Shown here: piece by piece, positions 1 to 10,212 of the stretch
Layout of the letters: every line of letters starts with the position of its first letter
How positions within the stretch are numbered: the first letter of the stretch is position 1
Assembly: GCA_963719315.1 (NCBI GenBank)
Contig: CAVRBU010000011.1
Coordinates: 128,001-192,000 of the forward strand
DNA from: an uncultured Planctomycetota bacterium
GTDB lineage: Bacteria > Planctomycetota > Planctomycetia > Pirellulales > Lacipirellulaceae
Length of the DNA: 64,000 nt
Reading direction: 5' to 3'
Notes under the pieces: generated by a model
The model's input: only the letters and a program-made list of their open reading frames with translations
What the model was told of the DNA's origin: nothing
The model's database searches: none
Position numbers and translations under genes: made by a program

Positions 1-1257
1 TGCTCAGGCTGTACGGCTCCGACAGCACGACCCACTTCATGAGTTTCTTGAGATCGAAGCCGCCGTCGCGGAACGATTTGCCCAACTGGTCGAGCAGTTC
101 GGGGTGCGATGGCGGATTGTGCGGCCCGATGTCGTCGATCGGCTTCGTGAAGCCGTAGCCCAGGAAGTGTGCCCAGATTCGATTCGCGATCGCCCGATCG
201 AATTCGCGCGACGCCAGAATCAGCTTCGCCAACTCCTCGCGGCGGTTGATATCGGAAAGTTGCCCGTGGTCACCGAAGTCCTCGCCCTTGGCCGCGTACA
301 GGGCCGCCAGCGATGTGCCGTCCACGAACACCGGGTACGCGACCTTCAGTTTGCCGTTCCGCAGCTCGTAATAAAGCTCGGCCTTGTCCGGGTTGCCGCC
401 TTCGCCGCGGAAATCGCGGTTTACGACCTTGCCGTTGTATTTTTTCTTGTCTTCGCCGTAATTGACCCGTTCGACCCGCGTCTGCCGGAAGAACGCGTTC
501 ATCTCCCAGAATTGGTTCTGCTTGTATTCGTTGAACGGATGGTTGTGACACTGCGTGCACTGCACGGCCATGCCCAGGAAAATCTGCGAAGTCCGGGCCG
601 TCGCCTGCACGCCGTTATCCGCCATCTTGTCGGCCAAGAAATTCGCCGCCCCGTTGAAGTCTTCCGCGTCCGGCGAACAACTCCCCGTGGCCGTGATCAG
701 CTCCTTGGCCATCTCGTCGTAGGGCTTGTTGTACTTGAGCGTCTCGGCCAGATACTTCCGCATCCCTTCGCGAACGGCGAGCGACCGGCGCTCGTTGCCG
801 CCCGTCCGGCCGATGAGAATGTTCGTCCACTGCGTCGTCCAATTCCGCACGTATTCGTCGGCGTATTCTTCGCCCAATAACCGATCGATGAGTTCGGCCC
901 GCTTGTCGCGCTTCTTGTCGGCCAGGTACTTGGTCAACTCATCGACATTCGGCACGCGACCAAGCACATCCAGATACACGCGGCGACACCATTCGCTGTC
1001 CGTCGCCGCCTTCGATGGAACGAGATTGTGATCCGCCCACCCCTTGCGAATCGCGTCGTTGATCAGTGCTACCTCGGGATACCCGAAGTCATTCACCTTC
1101 TTCCCCGCAACCGCTTGCGGCTTGGCGATCCGCGATTCTTTGGGCGCACTAGAAACCGCACCCTTCGCGCCGGAGTCCTTCGATGCATCCGCCACCAACA
1201 CCGGCTCCGCCAGGAGCGCGGCGCCATCATTAGCCCCAACGCGAAAGCGAGCAGCAT
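1..1257 (-). CDS. DUF1549/DUF1553 (planctomycete PSD1-type) secreted protein, 3'-truncated by window edge; apparent frameshift near 1225 after signal peptide
   Basis: Minus-strand translation gives ...ATDSEWCRRVYLDVLGRVPNVDELTKYLADKKRDKRAELIDRLL..., the DUF1549 signature. The hydrophobic leader MLLAFALGLMM is in another frame. Start uncertain. Confidence 0.8.
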
Positions 1258-1537
1258 CAGCTTGGGGCCGGCTCCGCCACTGAGTCCGCGTCCGATACCA
1301 CTGGCTCTGCCAGTGCCCCCGCCGATCGAGCAAGCGTGAGAACTAGAATCGCCCGTGCCAAGAAATAATGGTGCACCGCGCGACGAGCCGTCGCGCCCAA
1401 CTCTGCTCGGTCGTCCGCTCATGCGCCGCCCAAACATCGCTGTCCCCATAGATGATTGAAAAGAGTGGGCCGATCTCCGCCCCACCGTATTCTAACCCCG
1501 CACACCCCAATAATGCGCGACACTCATATGGAATTTG

Positions 1538-1616
1538 AACCGCCAAGCACGCCAAGTCTGCCAAGCAAATCAATCAACGAACGTCCTCCTTGGCGACCTT
1601 GGCGTGCTTTGCGGTT
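1538..1616. repeat. 9-bp-period inverted repeat element (aaccgccaag-cacgccaag ... cttggcg-accttggcg-gcggtt); other copies 6351-6496, half copy 21318-21345, related 41237-41375
   Basis: Arms of repeated CGCCAAG units in inverted orientation, found at several intergenic sites. Confidence 0.75.
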
Positions 1617-2125
1617 TCATACTCATCCCGACCTAGCCGCAAAAAAAACTTCCAAATATTTTTTCTAACCCCTCGGCCGACGACACTCCGCGGCCCAAAA
1701 TGCGACTAGAAAGCTGTATCGTTTCGCAACACATGTTCAATTTTGCAACACCAAAAAAGATGGGCGAACCTGGGTACCACCTTGCCGGCTGGTACCCAGA
1801 TTCGCCCTAGACGTGCTTGAATCACCTAGTTAGTGAGTCTCTGTGGGAGGTGGGCAGATCTCGCTAACTTCTGTTCTGATAGGCGATTTCGTTCACGTGC
1901 TGTTGTGCCTCTTCACCCTACCGGCCCCTCTTGTCTGTTCCGGCCCCGAGCTCGAAAGCTCAATTGCCCAAAAGGTCCTGTCTGGTGACGCGACAGATAT
2001 ATGCAACGAACGTGCCAGAACGCGGTGGTGGGCCGTTAAGGTGGTCTGTGATTAAGTGTGCAGGCGACTGCCAGCCTGCCCAACTTAACACTGGCCGCCT
2101 TAACGACTTGACGAAAGGTGACAGA

Positions 2126-2353
2126 ATGGAAACCGATCTAGTTCAGCAGCTTGCCGACGAGTACGGGATTAGCAGGGCGTGGATTACTACACACCTCTCT
2201 CGGCCGTCCCCTCGATTTGCGGGAAGCGAATGCCTCGACCCACACATTGAGCGGGCATGGGAGAAGCTGCCATTAACCGCTCGGATTATTGCCTACCTTT
2301 GGGCAAGGGAAACGGCGAGTGAGCAAGTGCGCCGGGGTGAATCAACCGTCTAG
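2126..2353 (+). CDS. Small hypothetical protein (METDLVQQLADEYG...)
   Basis: 75-aa ORF with a GAAAGG RBS-like sequence upstream. No recognisable domain. Confidence 0.45.
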   Translation: METDLVQQLADEYGISRAWITTHLSRPSPRFAGSECLDPHIERAWEKLPLTARIIAYLWARETASEQVRRGESTV

Positions 2354-2362
2354 AACACCGCT

Positions 2363-3028
2363 TCACCAGTGTAGAAGCTTAGAATCGTCAATTGTCGGCC
2401 ATTGGATCGAGTGCCGCTGAATAACACCCGAAAATCCAATGGCAAGAAGTCGCACCGCTGTATTAAACCTGAACCGCAAAATGCCATTTTTCTGGACACG
2501 TGTCCGCTTCCGGCACTTCCTATGTGAAAGAGTTGAGTTTCCCACGTGCCCAACATGGGCGTCGTGGGACTTCCAGCGCTCGGCATCGCGCCGCAATTGC
2601 CTCGTCACCGATGAAAGCTTGTAACGGCTATATTGTGGGCAAAACGATTTCGATATCTTCGCGATTCGTTCGAGATCGCCAAAGCCAGCGGGGCCGATCA
2701 ACTGAAGGCAATAAGCCATCCGGCACTGATCGACAAAACCGAAGTCTCCAGGGGCACCGTTTTATAATTCTTTTCCGAATAGGTTGGTCTAGCGCGTCCA
2801 GGCCGAACAGTCCCACGCAGGCAGCCTGGCCTGGATGGCTTGTCGTACCTTCCATTCCAGGAATGCCGCGCCAACTACGGCTGCGCCACGATCGGACTGT
2901 GATTTGATTCTTTAATAACTCGCCAAGGGCAGATTCGATTTGTTACTTGCTAACCGAACCCAACAATCGCCAATTGCTCATTTATCCTGCCCGAACCACT
3001 TGGGTTTAGCTCTTGGATTTTTGGTCAT
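2363..3028 (-). pseudogene. Degraded MtlR-like/HEPN-fold protein
   Basis: Fragments in different frames: SDRGAAVVGAAFLE (~2855-2896), MAYCLQLIG..DLERIAKI, and RNRFAH (2635-2652). Interrupted by stops and frameshifts. Confidence 0.6.
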
Positions 3029-3126
3029 CGGAAGGTTGTCCCGTAGTTTGGCACTGCAACGGCCTTATAAGCCGCCTGAGGGAACTGGCGCAAGTCGGAT
3101 GAGTTCGATTCTCCGACCTTCCGACC

Positions 3127-3303
3127 TTATTTATCACGTCGCCTAGCGGCCCGCACAAGCACGTGGCGAGCCCATGTAGAGGTTTTGCCGCCGCCCGCCT
3201 TTTCTATCAATTTGAGTTCTGCGTCCGTCATACGGATTTCCAGGCGGGCTGTCTGCCGTTCTGTGGCCGGTTTGGGCGGCCTGCCCATTCGCTTAGTTTC
3301 CAT
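3127..3303 (-). CDS. Small ribbon-helix-helix-like DNA-binding protein divergent from the transposase
   Basis: METKRMGRPPKPATERQTARLEIRMTDAELKLIEKA...STWAR: GRPP motif followed by a beta-helix-helix pattern. Confidence 0.7.
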   Translation of the reverse strand: METKRMGRPPKPATERQTARLEIRMTDAELKLIEKAGGGKTSTWARHVLVRAARRRDK

Positions 3304-3500
3304 GCCGATATTGTACGGCAAAAAAGTTTTGGTGCAACCCTTGACGGCAGACTTATTATCCGTACAATATGTATAGATGAAGAAAACCCCGCCGCAACCC
3401 GGCAAGGCTGCGGCGGGGCGAACGACAACCCGGCTTTCGCCTGATTGCAGTCCAGCAATCTCAATCATAGCGAAAGCCCCAGCAATGGGAAAGTTTCGCC

Positions 3501-4457
3501 GTGATAGTAGCAACCTGTCAGCATGAAAACCGCCGCACGAATGGGATTACCAAAGCCGGAGCCACCCGCTACCGTTGCAAGGATTGTGGCAAGAGTTGGA
3601 CCGAATCAACCGCAACGTTTGCCGGTATGCGGATCGGCCTGGACCGAGCCGAAAAGATCGTGTCGATGATTTGCGAGGGAATGAGCGTCTCTGCCACAGC
3701 CCGGCTCACCGATACCGACCCGCACACGATCATTGACCTAGTGAACTACCTTGGCGAGCGCTGCGAAGTCTACATGCAAGAGAACATCAAAGGCGTTCAC
3801 GTCGAGGACATTCAAGTCGATGAGCAGTGGCAATTTGTGCTTTGTAAAAAAGCGACGGCGAAGCGCCAGAAGTATGTTGGTGGTTGCGGAGATTGTTGGT
3901 CTTATACCGCAATCGAGCGGTCAACTAAGTTGATCGTAGCATGGCACATGGGCAAACGCGATGAGAAGCACACAACCAATTTCATCGCGAAGCTGGCCAA
4001 GGCCACTGTCGGCCGATTTCATCTAACGAGTGATGGCTGGTCCTGCTACCCAATGGCTGTGTGGCAGCATCTTGAAGATCGCGTTGACTACGGCATGCTG
4101 GTCAAGATATATGGCGACGGCAGCGCCGAGGATAAACGCCGCTACTCGCCAGCCAAGATAATAGAAGCAAAGCGCACCCGGATATTCGGCGTGCCGGAAC
4201 GCCAGCGAATTTGCACGTCGCATATCGAAAGAATGAACGGCAGCGTTCGCAACTTCACCAAGCGGATGGCCCGATTGACTTACTGCTTCTCAAAGAAGTG
4301 GAACAACCACCGCAATGGGCTGGCCCTGTTCTTCGCTTGGTACAACTACTGTCGGCCTCACAAGAGCCTACGGGGCAAGACGCCTGCGATGGCACACGGC
4401 CTCACGAATGAGGTCTGGAGCGTGCGGGAATTGCTGGAGCGTGTGTCCACCAACTAA
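3501..4457 (+). CDS. IS1-family DDE transposase (single ORF)
   Basis: N-terminal Zn-finger (RYRCKDCG), HTH (EGMSVSATARL), IQVDEQW, TSDG, TSHIERMN, FSKK..NH, YNYCRPH..L..TPAM. Confidence 0.9.
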   Translation: MIVATCQHENRRTNGITKAGATRYRCKDCGKSWTESTATFAGMRIGLDRAEKIVSMICEGMSVSATARLTDTDPHTIIDLVNYLGERCEVYMQENIKGVHVEDIQVDEQWQFVLCKKATAKRQKYVGGCGDCWSYTAIERSTKLIVAWHMGKRDEKHTTNFIAKLAKATVGRFHLTSDGWSCYPMAVWQHLEDRVDYGMLVKIYGDGSAEDKRRYSPAKIIEAKRTRIFGVPERQRICTSHIERMNGSVRNFTKRMARLTYCFSKKWNNHRNGLALFFAWYNYCRPHKSLRGKTPAMAHGLTNEVWSVRELLERVSTN

Positions 4458-4710
4458 GAAGATATGACGCTACTAACGGCTGTGCCATTCCGGGTGGTGG
4501 GCTGTTAAGTGTGCGGCCAGAAGGTTAGGCAGGGGGTGCTTAAGAGGTAGGCGGATCGGCGGGTGGTTGTCGCAACGTCTCAATGACCCAGCGAATAAAG
4601 AAGATCAGGGCGAGCAAGTAGCAGATCAGTCCTGGGATCAGGAGCATGACCTGGGGCACAGGGGGAGCGGTTGCCGCAAACTCCACGAAGAGGAACCCCA
4701 GGAAGATTAA

Positions 4711-5630
4711 GGACCTATCCCAAAATACGTGAACGGGTGTTATTTCCGTGCGTAGGAAAAGGTGAGGAATGGTTTCCGTTCGAATCTCGTCTTTGCTTGC
4801 ACGGAGGTGTACATGCACTGCGATTGGCAGGGCAAATTTGCTTGGATGCCCGAAAAGCTTTGGCGGCAGCTTGAACCCTTGCTGCCGAAGTATCCGCGAT
4901 CCACGAAGGTTGGGCGACCCCGCGCGAATCTGCGCACCGTTGCCAGCGGCATTCTTTATCTGTTGCGCACCGGCTGCCAGTGGAAGGCGCTGCCGCCACA
5001 ATTTGGCAGCCCCAGTACCGTTCATCGCTATTTCCAAGAGTGGACTCGCCTGGGTATTTGGCAACGGTTTTGGAAACGGGCGCTGGGGAAGTACGATCAG
5101 AAGCGCGGCATCGCTTGGCGCTGGCAGTCGGTGGACGGCGCGACAACTAAGTCGCCGCTGGGAGGGGAAAAAAACCGGGAAAAACCCCACCGATCGAGGT
5201 AAGCTCGGAGTCAAGCGATCGGTCTTGACCGACGCCCGCGGCGTTCCTCTGGGCGTCGCGATTGACGGCGCCAATGCTCACGACCAACGTCTTCTGCGCG
5301 ACACGCTTCGCTCCATCCCGATTCGACGACCCAGCCGTCGGCGCAAGCAGCACCTGTGTCTCGACAAGGGATACTTTGGCGAACCGTCGACAGCTACGGC
5401 GAATCGTTTCGGGTACGTGCCTCACATCCGCTGCCGTGGCGAGGAGCAGCGTCGCTGTCGCGCCGGCCACAAAGCTCGACGCTGGGTTGTCGAAGCCGCG
5501 CATTCTTGGACCAACCGCGCCCGCAGGCTCCTGATCCGTTGGGAAAAGAAGGCGGCTAACTATCTTGGGTTCGTTCATCTACAATTCGCCCTCATCGCCT
5601 TAAGGCGATGTGGAATTTTGGGATAGGTCC
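4711..5630 (+). mobile_element. IS5-family insertion sequence (920 bp)
   Basis: Perfect 16-bp IRs GGACCTATCCCAAAAT (4711-4726) and ATTTTGGGATAGGTCC (5615-5630). TAA duplication at 4708-4710 and 5631-5633. Confidence 0.95.
4813..5626 (+). CDS. IS5 transposase split in two frames at a G4A7 run (5164-5174)
   Basis: OrfA has GILYLLRTGCQWKALP and TVHRYFQEW. OrfB has NPTDRGKLGVKRSVLTD, LDKGY and RWVVE. Start codon uncertain. Confidence 0.9.
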
Positions 5631-5697
5631 TAAGGCTAGTCGGCGCATGGCCAGCCGTTGCGATGGTCGGGGTGCATGGGGTGGCCAAGCGGTACGC

Positions 5698-5904
5698 TCA
5701 TAAATGCGAAGCTATCCGGAGTGTGTTAAGTGCGAATCCGAGGGTAACAGCCACCACCGCGACAAAGGCCAGCAGCCATCGGAGACTGAATCGCCGTTTG
5801 GTGTCCAGAAGCATGAGCATGCACACGGCAGCCGACACTGTGGCGCATCCAGCATAGAAGAAAAGCCACGATTCTCCGGACATGCTAATCACGCATAGCC
5901 TCAT
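5698..5904 (-). CDS. Small membrane protein with planctomycete RFSLRWLL motif
   Basis: Two hydrophobic segments flanking KRRFSLRWLLAFVAVVAV. Confidence 0.55.
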   Translation of the reverse strand: MRLCVISMSGESWLFFYAGCATVSAAVCMLMLLDTKRRFSLRWLLAFVAVVAVTLGFALNTLRIASHL

Positions 5905-5906
5905 GG

Positions 5907-6121
5907 CTATTTGAACAGCGCCGAAACCTTCACTCCCACGGCCTCCGCAAACTTCCGCAGCATCGATAGGCGCGGGTCTTTGGTCGTTTGGACAAATTGC
6001 CAAGCATTTTGCGCCCGGTGGCCTTTGGATACCCCATCTTCTCGCCGAGCTGATCGTAGGTCATCTGCGACTTCTCGAATCGAGCGCGAACGGTGGCCAT
6101 TACGGGGTCTGGCTTGTCCAT
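5907..6121 (-). CDS. XRE-family HTH regulator, frameshifted near 6008
   Basis: MTYDQLGEKMGY...RK, then an alternate frame AWQFVQTTKDPRLSMLRKFAEAVGVKVSALFK*. The shift falls in an A run. Confidence 0.7.
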
Positions 6122-6669
6122 GCTACTGGCCTATAGTATTATAGGCACGGCGTCAAGTATGTCTACCTGTGGAATTCCTGGGCCGCAAGGTTTGCGAAAT
6201 TTGCAAACTCAATGTTGCCACTTTGCACGTGCCGGGTATCCACTCCAACTTCGTTCACTCTGTTGACTACTATTCAAAAACCACCACCGCCCACAAGCAA
6301 TTCTCGCACGCCCTGAACGCCATTCGCAACTGCTTAGACACTCAAAGTGAAAACCGCCAAGCACGCCAAGAGCGCCAAGACTTCAGTCATTGCAATAAAA
6401 ACGCGATAGACTGCCGAAACGGACTTTCACAGACAAACAGCAAGCCAAGTTGATTTCTCTCGGTATTCCTTGGCGTTCTTGGCGACCTTGGCGGTTCGTC
6501 TTTTCAATTTGAGTTAGATATTAATTGTCCGCAGATGCGGACAACTTCCCGCCCCAACCACCGCGCTCCTGCGCCGCTGCGAAAGCCTTCCCCCGGCCGT
6601 CGCTGCAAGTGCGGCGCTTAGCGACTTTTGCTACATTTGCAGTCAGCACCAACTGCGAACAGGACCACC

Positions 6670-8218
6670 ATGGCAGACGCCTCGAACTACCCCAAGATCG
6701 CCCAACTGAAAAACGTCGCCGCCCTCCGCGCACGGCTGTCCGAGCTGGGACTCACGCTGCCGGTCGATGAGCAAATACTTTCGGCAGCCGATGGTTCGCC
6801 GCTCGCGCAACCAATGACGGTCGGCGGCTTCGAGGTCGGCAACCGCTGGTGCATCCATCCGATGGAAGGCTGGGATGCCAACCGCGACGGCTCGCCTTCT
6901 GAATACACACTCCGCCGCTGGCGGAACTTCGGCCTGAGCGGCGCGAAACTCATCTGGGGCGGCGAAGCGGCCGCCGTTCGGACCGATGGCCGCGCGAACC
7001 CGAACCAAACGCTCGCCACCGAATCGAACCGCCGCGGCCTCTCCGCCCTGTTGTACGCGCTCACCGACGCCCATCGCGAATCGTTCGGTTCGCTCGATGG
7101 CCTCCTCGTCGGCCTGCAGCTCACGCATTCCGGCCGCTTCTGCAAGCCCGACGATCATCACAAGATGTCGCCGCGGATCGCCTACCATCACCCGCTGCTC
7201 GACGCCAAGTTCAAGATCGACCCGCGCGATGATTCGATCGTATGGACCGACGCGGAACTGGAAAAACTCATCGACGCCTACGTGGCCGCCGCCCGGCTGG
7301 CGCACGAAGTCGGCTTTCAATTCGTTGATGTCAAAGCGTGCCACGGCTATCTGCTGCACGAGTTCCTCAGCGCCCGCCATCGCACGGGCCGCTTCGGCGG
7401 CGACCTCGCCGGCCGCTCGCGCGTACTGATGACCGTCATTGATCGTATCCGCAACGAAATTCCGCAACTCGCCGTCGGCGTGCGGCTGAGCGTGTTCGAC
7501 TCCGTGCCGTATCAGACCAGCCGTGAGATCGGCCGGCCGATGGATTACAATTCGTTTCTGCCCTACGAATTCGGTTTCGGTGTGTCGGCCGACGATCCAC
7601 TCGCGATCGATCTCACCGAACCGCTCGAACTGATGCGAATGCTCATTGCGCAGGGCGTGTGCGCGATCAACCTCTCGTGCGGCAGCCCGTACTACAACCC
7701 GCACTTGCAGCGGCCCGCCATTTTCCCGCCGATCGATGGCTATCAACCGCCCGAGGATCCGCTCGTCGGCGTCTGGCGGCAGATCGATACGGTACGACAG
7801 TGCAAAGCCGCATTGGAAAAGAGGATGCAGGATGCAGGATTCGAGGAACAGGGAAAAGTATCCGCATCCCAACCCCAGTCCCCAGTCCCCTGTCCCCCGA
7901 ATCCTGATCTCGTCCCGCTCGTTGGCACTGGCTACAGCTACTTGCAAGACTACTTGCCGCACGTCGCGCAAGCCGTCATCCGCGAAGGCTGGGCCGATTT
8001 CGTCGGCCTCGGCCGGATGGTCCTCTCCTATCCCGAGCTGCCCGCCGACACACTTGCCGGCCGGCTGCTTGCGCAAACGCGTCTGCCGCACGTTCAGCGA
8101 CTGCACTACCGCTCCGCGCAACGGCCTCATCTCCGGCTGCTACCCACTCGACCCATACTACAAAGAGTTGCCGGAGCGCGAAGAGTTGATCGCCATCAAA
8201 CAACGTTGGGAGATATGA
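6670..8218 (+). CDS. NADH:flavin oxidoreductase (Old Yellow Enzyme family), apparent frameshift near 8070
   Basis: [36 protein letters not shown]. The C-terminus [18 protein letters not shown] lies in the 7646..8218 frame. Confidence 0.9.
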
Positions 8219-8310
8219 AGTCGCTGAACTAGAACGACATCGCGACATCTTGACCTGTCATGTCGTCGTTACCGCGACATCCGCGCCGCTCGCGGCCTTG
8301 CGCGGCTCCT

Positions 8311-8326
8311 CGGCACGCAATCTGCA
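8311..8326 (+). promoter_or_regulatory. Candidate sigma-54 (-24/-12) promoter
   Basis: CGGCACG-CAAT-CTGCA has correct GG-N10-GC spacing, about 80 nt upstream of the ATG at 8404. Confidence 0.5.
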
Positions 8327-8403
8327 CGCTCCAATGATTGGCATTCGTCGAAGCTTCAATCGACAACTATTTTTCGAAACGCATACCGTTTCGGGAGGCA
8401 AGC

Positions 8404-8703
8404 ATGTTCAAGCGCATCGCATTAACACTGACGTTTATCGCCGCGTTCTCAATGGTCGGCCTGAGCCTTGCTCCCTCCGCCGAGGCCTGGCGTTACTGGG
8501 GCCGACCCTATGCAAGCAATTACTACGGCCCGCCGCGTGCCTATTACCGGGGTTATGCTCCGTATCGCACCTATTACGGCAGCCCCTATCGCGCGTACTA
8601 CGGCAGCCCTTATGTCGTCGCCCCGCGCGTGTATCGTTCGTATTACGCGCCACCTTACTATTACGCACCGGGGCCCGGCTTCTCCGTTTCCGTTGGTTAC
8701 TGA
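8404..8703 (+). CDS. Small secreted Tyr/Gly/Pro-rich protein
   Basis: GGGAGG RBS, signal peptide ending AEA, YYG(S/P)P repeats, C-terminal GFSVSVGY. Confidence 0.85.
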   Translation: MFKRIALTLTFIAAFSMVGLSLAPSAEAWRYWGRPYASNYYGPPRAYYRGYAPYRTYYGSPYRAYYGSPYVVAPRVYRSYYAPPYYYAPGPGFSVSVGY

Positions 8704-8705
8704 CA

Positions 8706-8732
8706 GTAGGTCCCGCTTGCCGAGCGGGACCT
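8706..8732 (+). repeat. GTAG-type REP (GTAGGTCCCGCTTGCCGAGCGGGACCT); family copies at 26455-26481, 57154-57239, 59032-59114, 60349-60429
   Basis: GTAG tetranucleotide plus palindrome, in multiple intergenic copies, mostly as inverted doublets. Confidence 0.85.
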
Positions 8733-8834
8733 GAACAACCGCTTCAACATCGTGAATTCACTACGGAGCCCACCGGCAGAAGGGATGTAGCAAGACTCTG
8801 CTAGCCCAGCCATCAGTTGTTATCCGACCGATGC

Positions 8835-8864
8835 AAAGCGCCGTCGATTCGACGGCGCTTTTTT
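8835..8864 (+). terminator. Intrinsic terminator
   Basis: aagcgccgtcga-t-tcgacggcgctt followed by a T run. Confidence 0.7.
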
Positions 8865-8948
8865 ATTGATCGAGCATCACAGAGGCAACTATAACGCAAC
8901 TCCTAAACCATTATCAAAATAGGAGTTGCGACTCAATCCGACGCGCTC

Positions 8949-8963
8949 CGGCACGGCCCATGC
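8949..8963 (+). promoter_or_regulatory. Candidate sigma-54 promoter
   Basis: CGGCACG-GCCC-ATGC, GG-N10-GC spacing, upstream of the second Tyr-rich gene. Confidence 0.4.
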
Positions 8964-9058
8964 GGCATCTTTCCTGCGGCAAACATGCCCGCCGGTTGCG
9001 CGGGCAGCAAAGTCACCCCCGTGGAGCAGGACGCAGTTGCGTCCCAGGAGAGATTCAG

Positions 9059-9336
9059 ATGTTCAAACGCATGTTGTTAGCAGTTACCTTCATTGCCGCC
9101 TTGGGTGCGGCCAGCCTCGTCGCCAGCAGCAAGGCGACCGCCAATGGCTGGATGGCGGCTACGGTGGTTACGGCTATCCAGCCGCTTACTACCCGACCTA
9201 CGCCAACTATGGCTATGGCTACGGCTACGCGCCGCGCGTCGCGTACTATCCGCGGGCGTACCCGGTTTACTATCGCGGCTTCAACGGCGGCCATCACCGC
9301 CACCACAACGGCCTCACACTCACGTTCGGCTTCTAG
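9059..9336 (+). CDS. Small secreted Tyr/Gly-rich protein, paralog of 8404-8703, frameshift near 9150
   Basis: Signal MFKRMLLAVTFIAALGAASL matches the paralog. The mature part GGYGGYGYP...GLTLTFGF is in another frame. Confidence 0.75.
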
Positions 9337-9361
9337 CGAGCACTGAGGCGCACGTTGCCTG

Positions 9362-9404
9362 CGGCCGCCGGCGGATGTGATATCATCCACCGGCGGCCGT
9401 TTTT
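9362..9404 (+). terminator. Intrinsic terminator
   Basis: cggccgccggcggatg...catccaccggcggccg followed by ttttt. Confidence 0.7.
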
Positions 9405-9457
9405 GTTGCGTTTTCTCGAAGTTCTCGTGCATATCGCAAACTAGTGCGACAAGCACA

Positions 9458-9511
9458 AATAGCCGCGATGCTACGAATCGCCGGCCCTGCGATGCGTAGC
9501 ATCACCGCTAA
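9458..9511. repeat. Palindromic REP-like element (AATAGCCGCGATGCTACG...), left flank of HUH transposase; right copy 10108-10163, half copy 49491-49518
   Basis: About 55-bp hairpins. The two flanking copies are mutually inverted. Confidence 0.85.
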
Positions 9512-9590
9512 TCAAAATGACTTGTATTCGTCAGCGAACTAGATCAGATTTACGATCATCTTGGATCACTTCTGTTGAGGGTGATTTGCA

Positions 9591-10073
9591 ATGCCGTGCT
9601 ACCTCTTCACCTACCACGCCTATGGTAGCTGGCTCCCCGATCACCAACGAGGCTACGTCCATCGCGGCCAAGGCATTCTGCCGCCCGACGAACACATGGC
9701 CGATCTCTACCGGTCCAACTTGAAATAAGCCGTTGTCGCCTTCCCCGGAATAATCCAACGCGAACTGATCGCTGGCGCGCTGGAAGCGTGCGAACATCAG
9801 CAACTGCGCTGCCACTACGTCGCCACCGAGCCGACGCACGCGCACCTACTCGTGAGCTGGAACAGCAACCGCACTTGGGAAGTCGCTCGCAAACAAATCC
9901 GCGGCAACATCACGCGAAAACTAAACAGCGCTCACAAACGCCAAAACTGGTTCTCAAAAAGCCCCAGCCGTAAACAAGTACGTGACCGCAAACACTTCGA
10001 CCATCTCGTCACGACATACCTACCGAAGCACCGAGGTTGGAAATGGTCCGAATCTCAAGGATTATTCCGCTAA
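9591..10073 (+). pseudogene. HUH/Y1 tyrosine transposase (IS200/RAYT-like) with in-frame TAA at 9726
   Basis: MPCYLFTYHAYGSWLPD..RG; HUH motif THAHLLV; NWFSK; candidate catalytic Tyr in TYLPKH. Confidence 0.8.
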
Positions 10074-10212
10074 CCGTCTTGAATACGCCGCGCTGCACAA
10101 TAGCCCCAATAGCCGCGATGCTACGCATCGCAGGGCCCGGCGATGCGTAGCATCGCGGCTATTCACTTCGCTTGTGCGATTGTTTTGAGTCGACCTCACC
10201 GCCAAACAGCCC

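Larger units (their letters stand above)
4540..5648 (-). pseudogene. 61-aa two-TM membrane protein interrupted by IS5
   Basis: Removing 4711-5633 restores the ORF MRRLAL|IFLGFLFVEF...PPTS* (ATG 5648, stop 4540). Confidence 0.7.
1732..6231. mobile_element. Putative cargo-carrying IS1-like transposon (ends tentative)
   Basis: Imperfect IRs catgttcaattttgcaaca (1732-1750) and tgttgccactttgcacgtg (6213-6231) match at 14/19. They bracket a lower-GC region with an IS1-type transposase and small passenger genes. No clear TSD. Confidence 0.5.
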
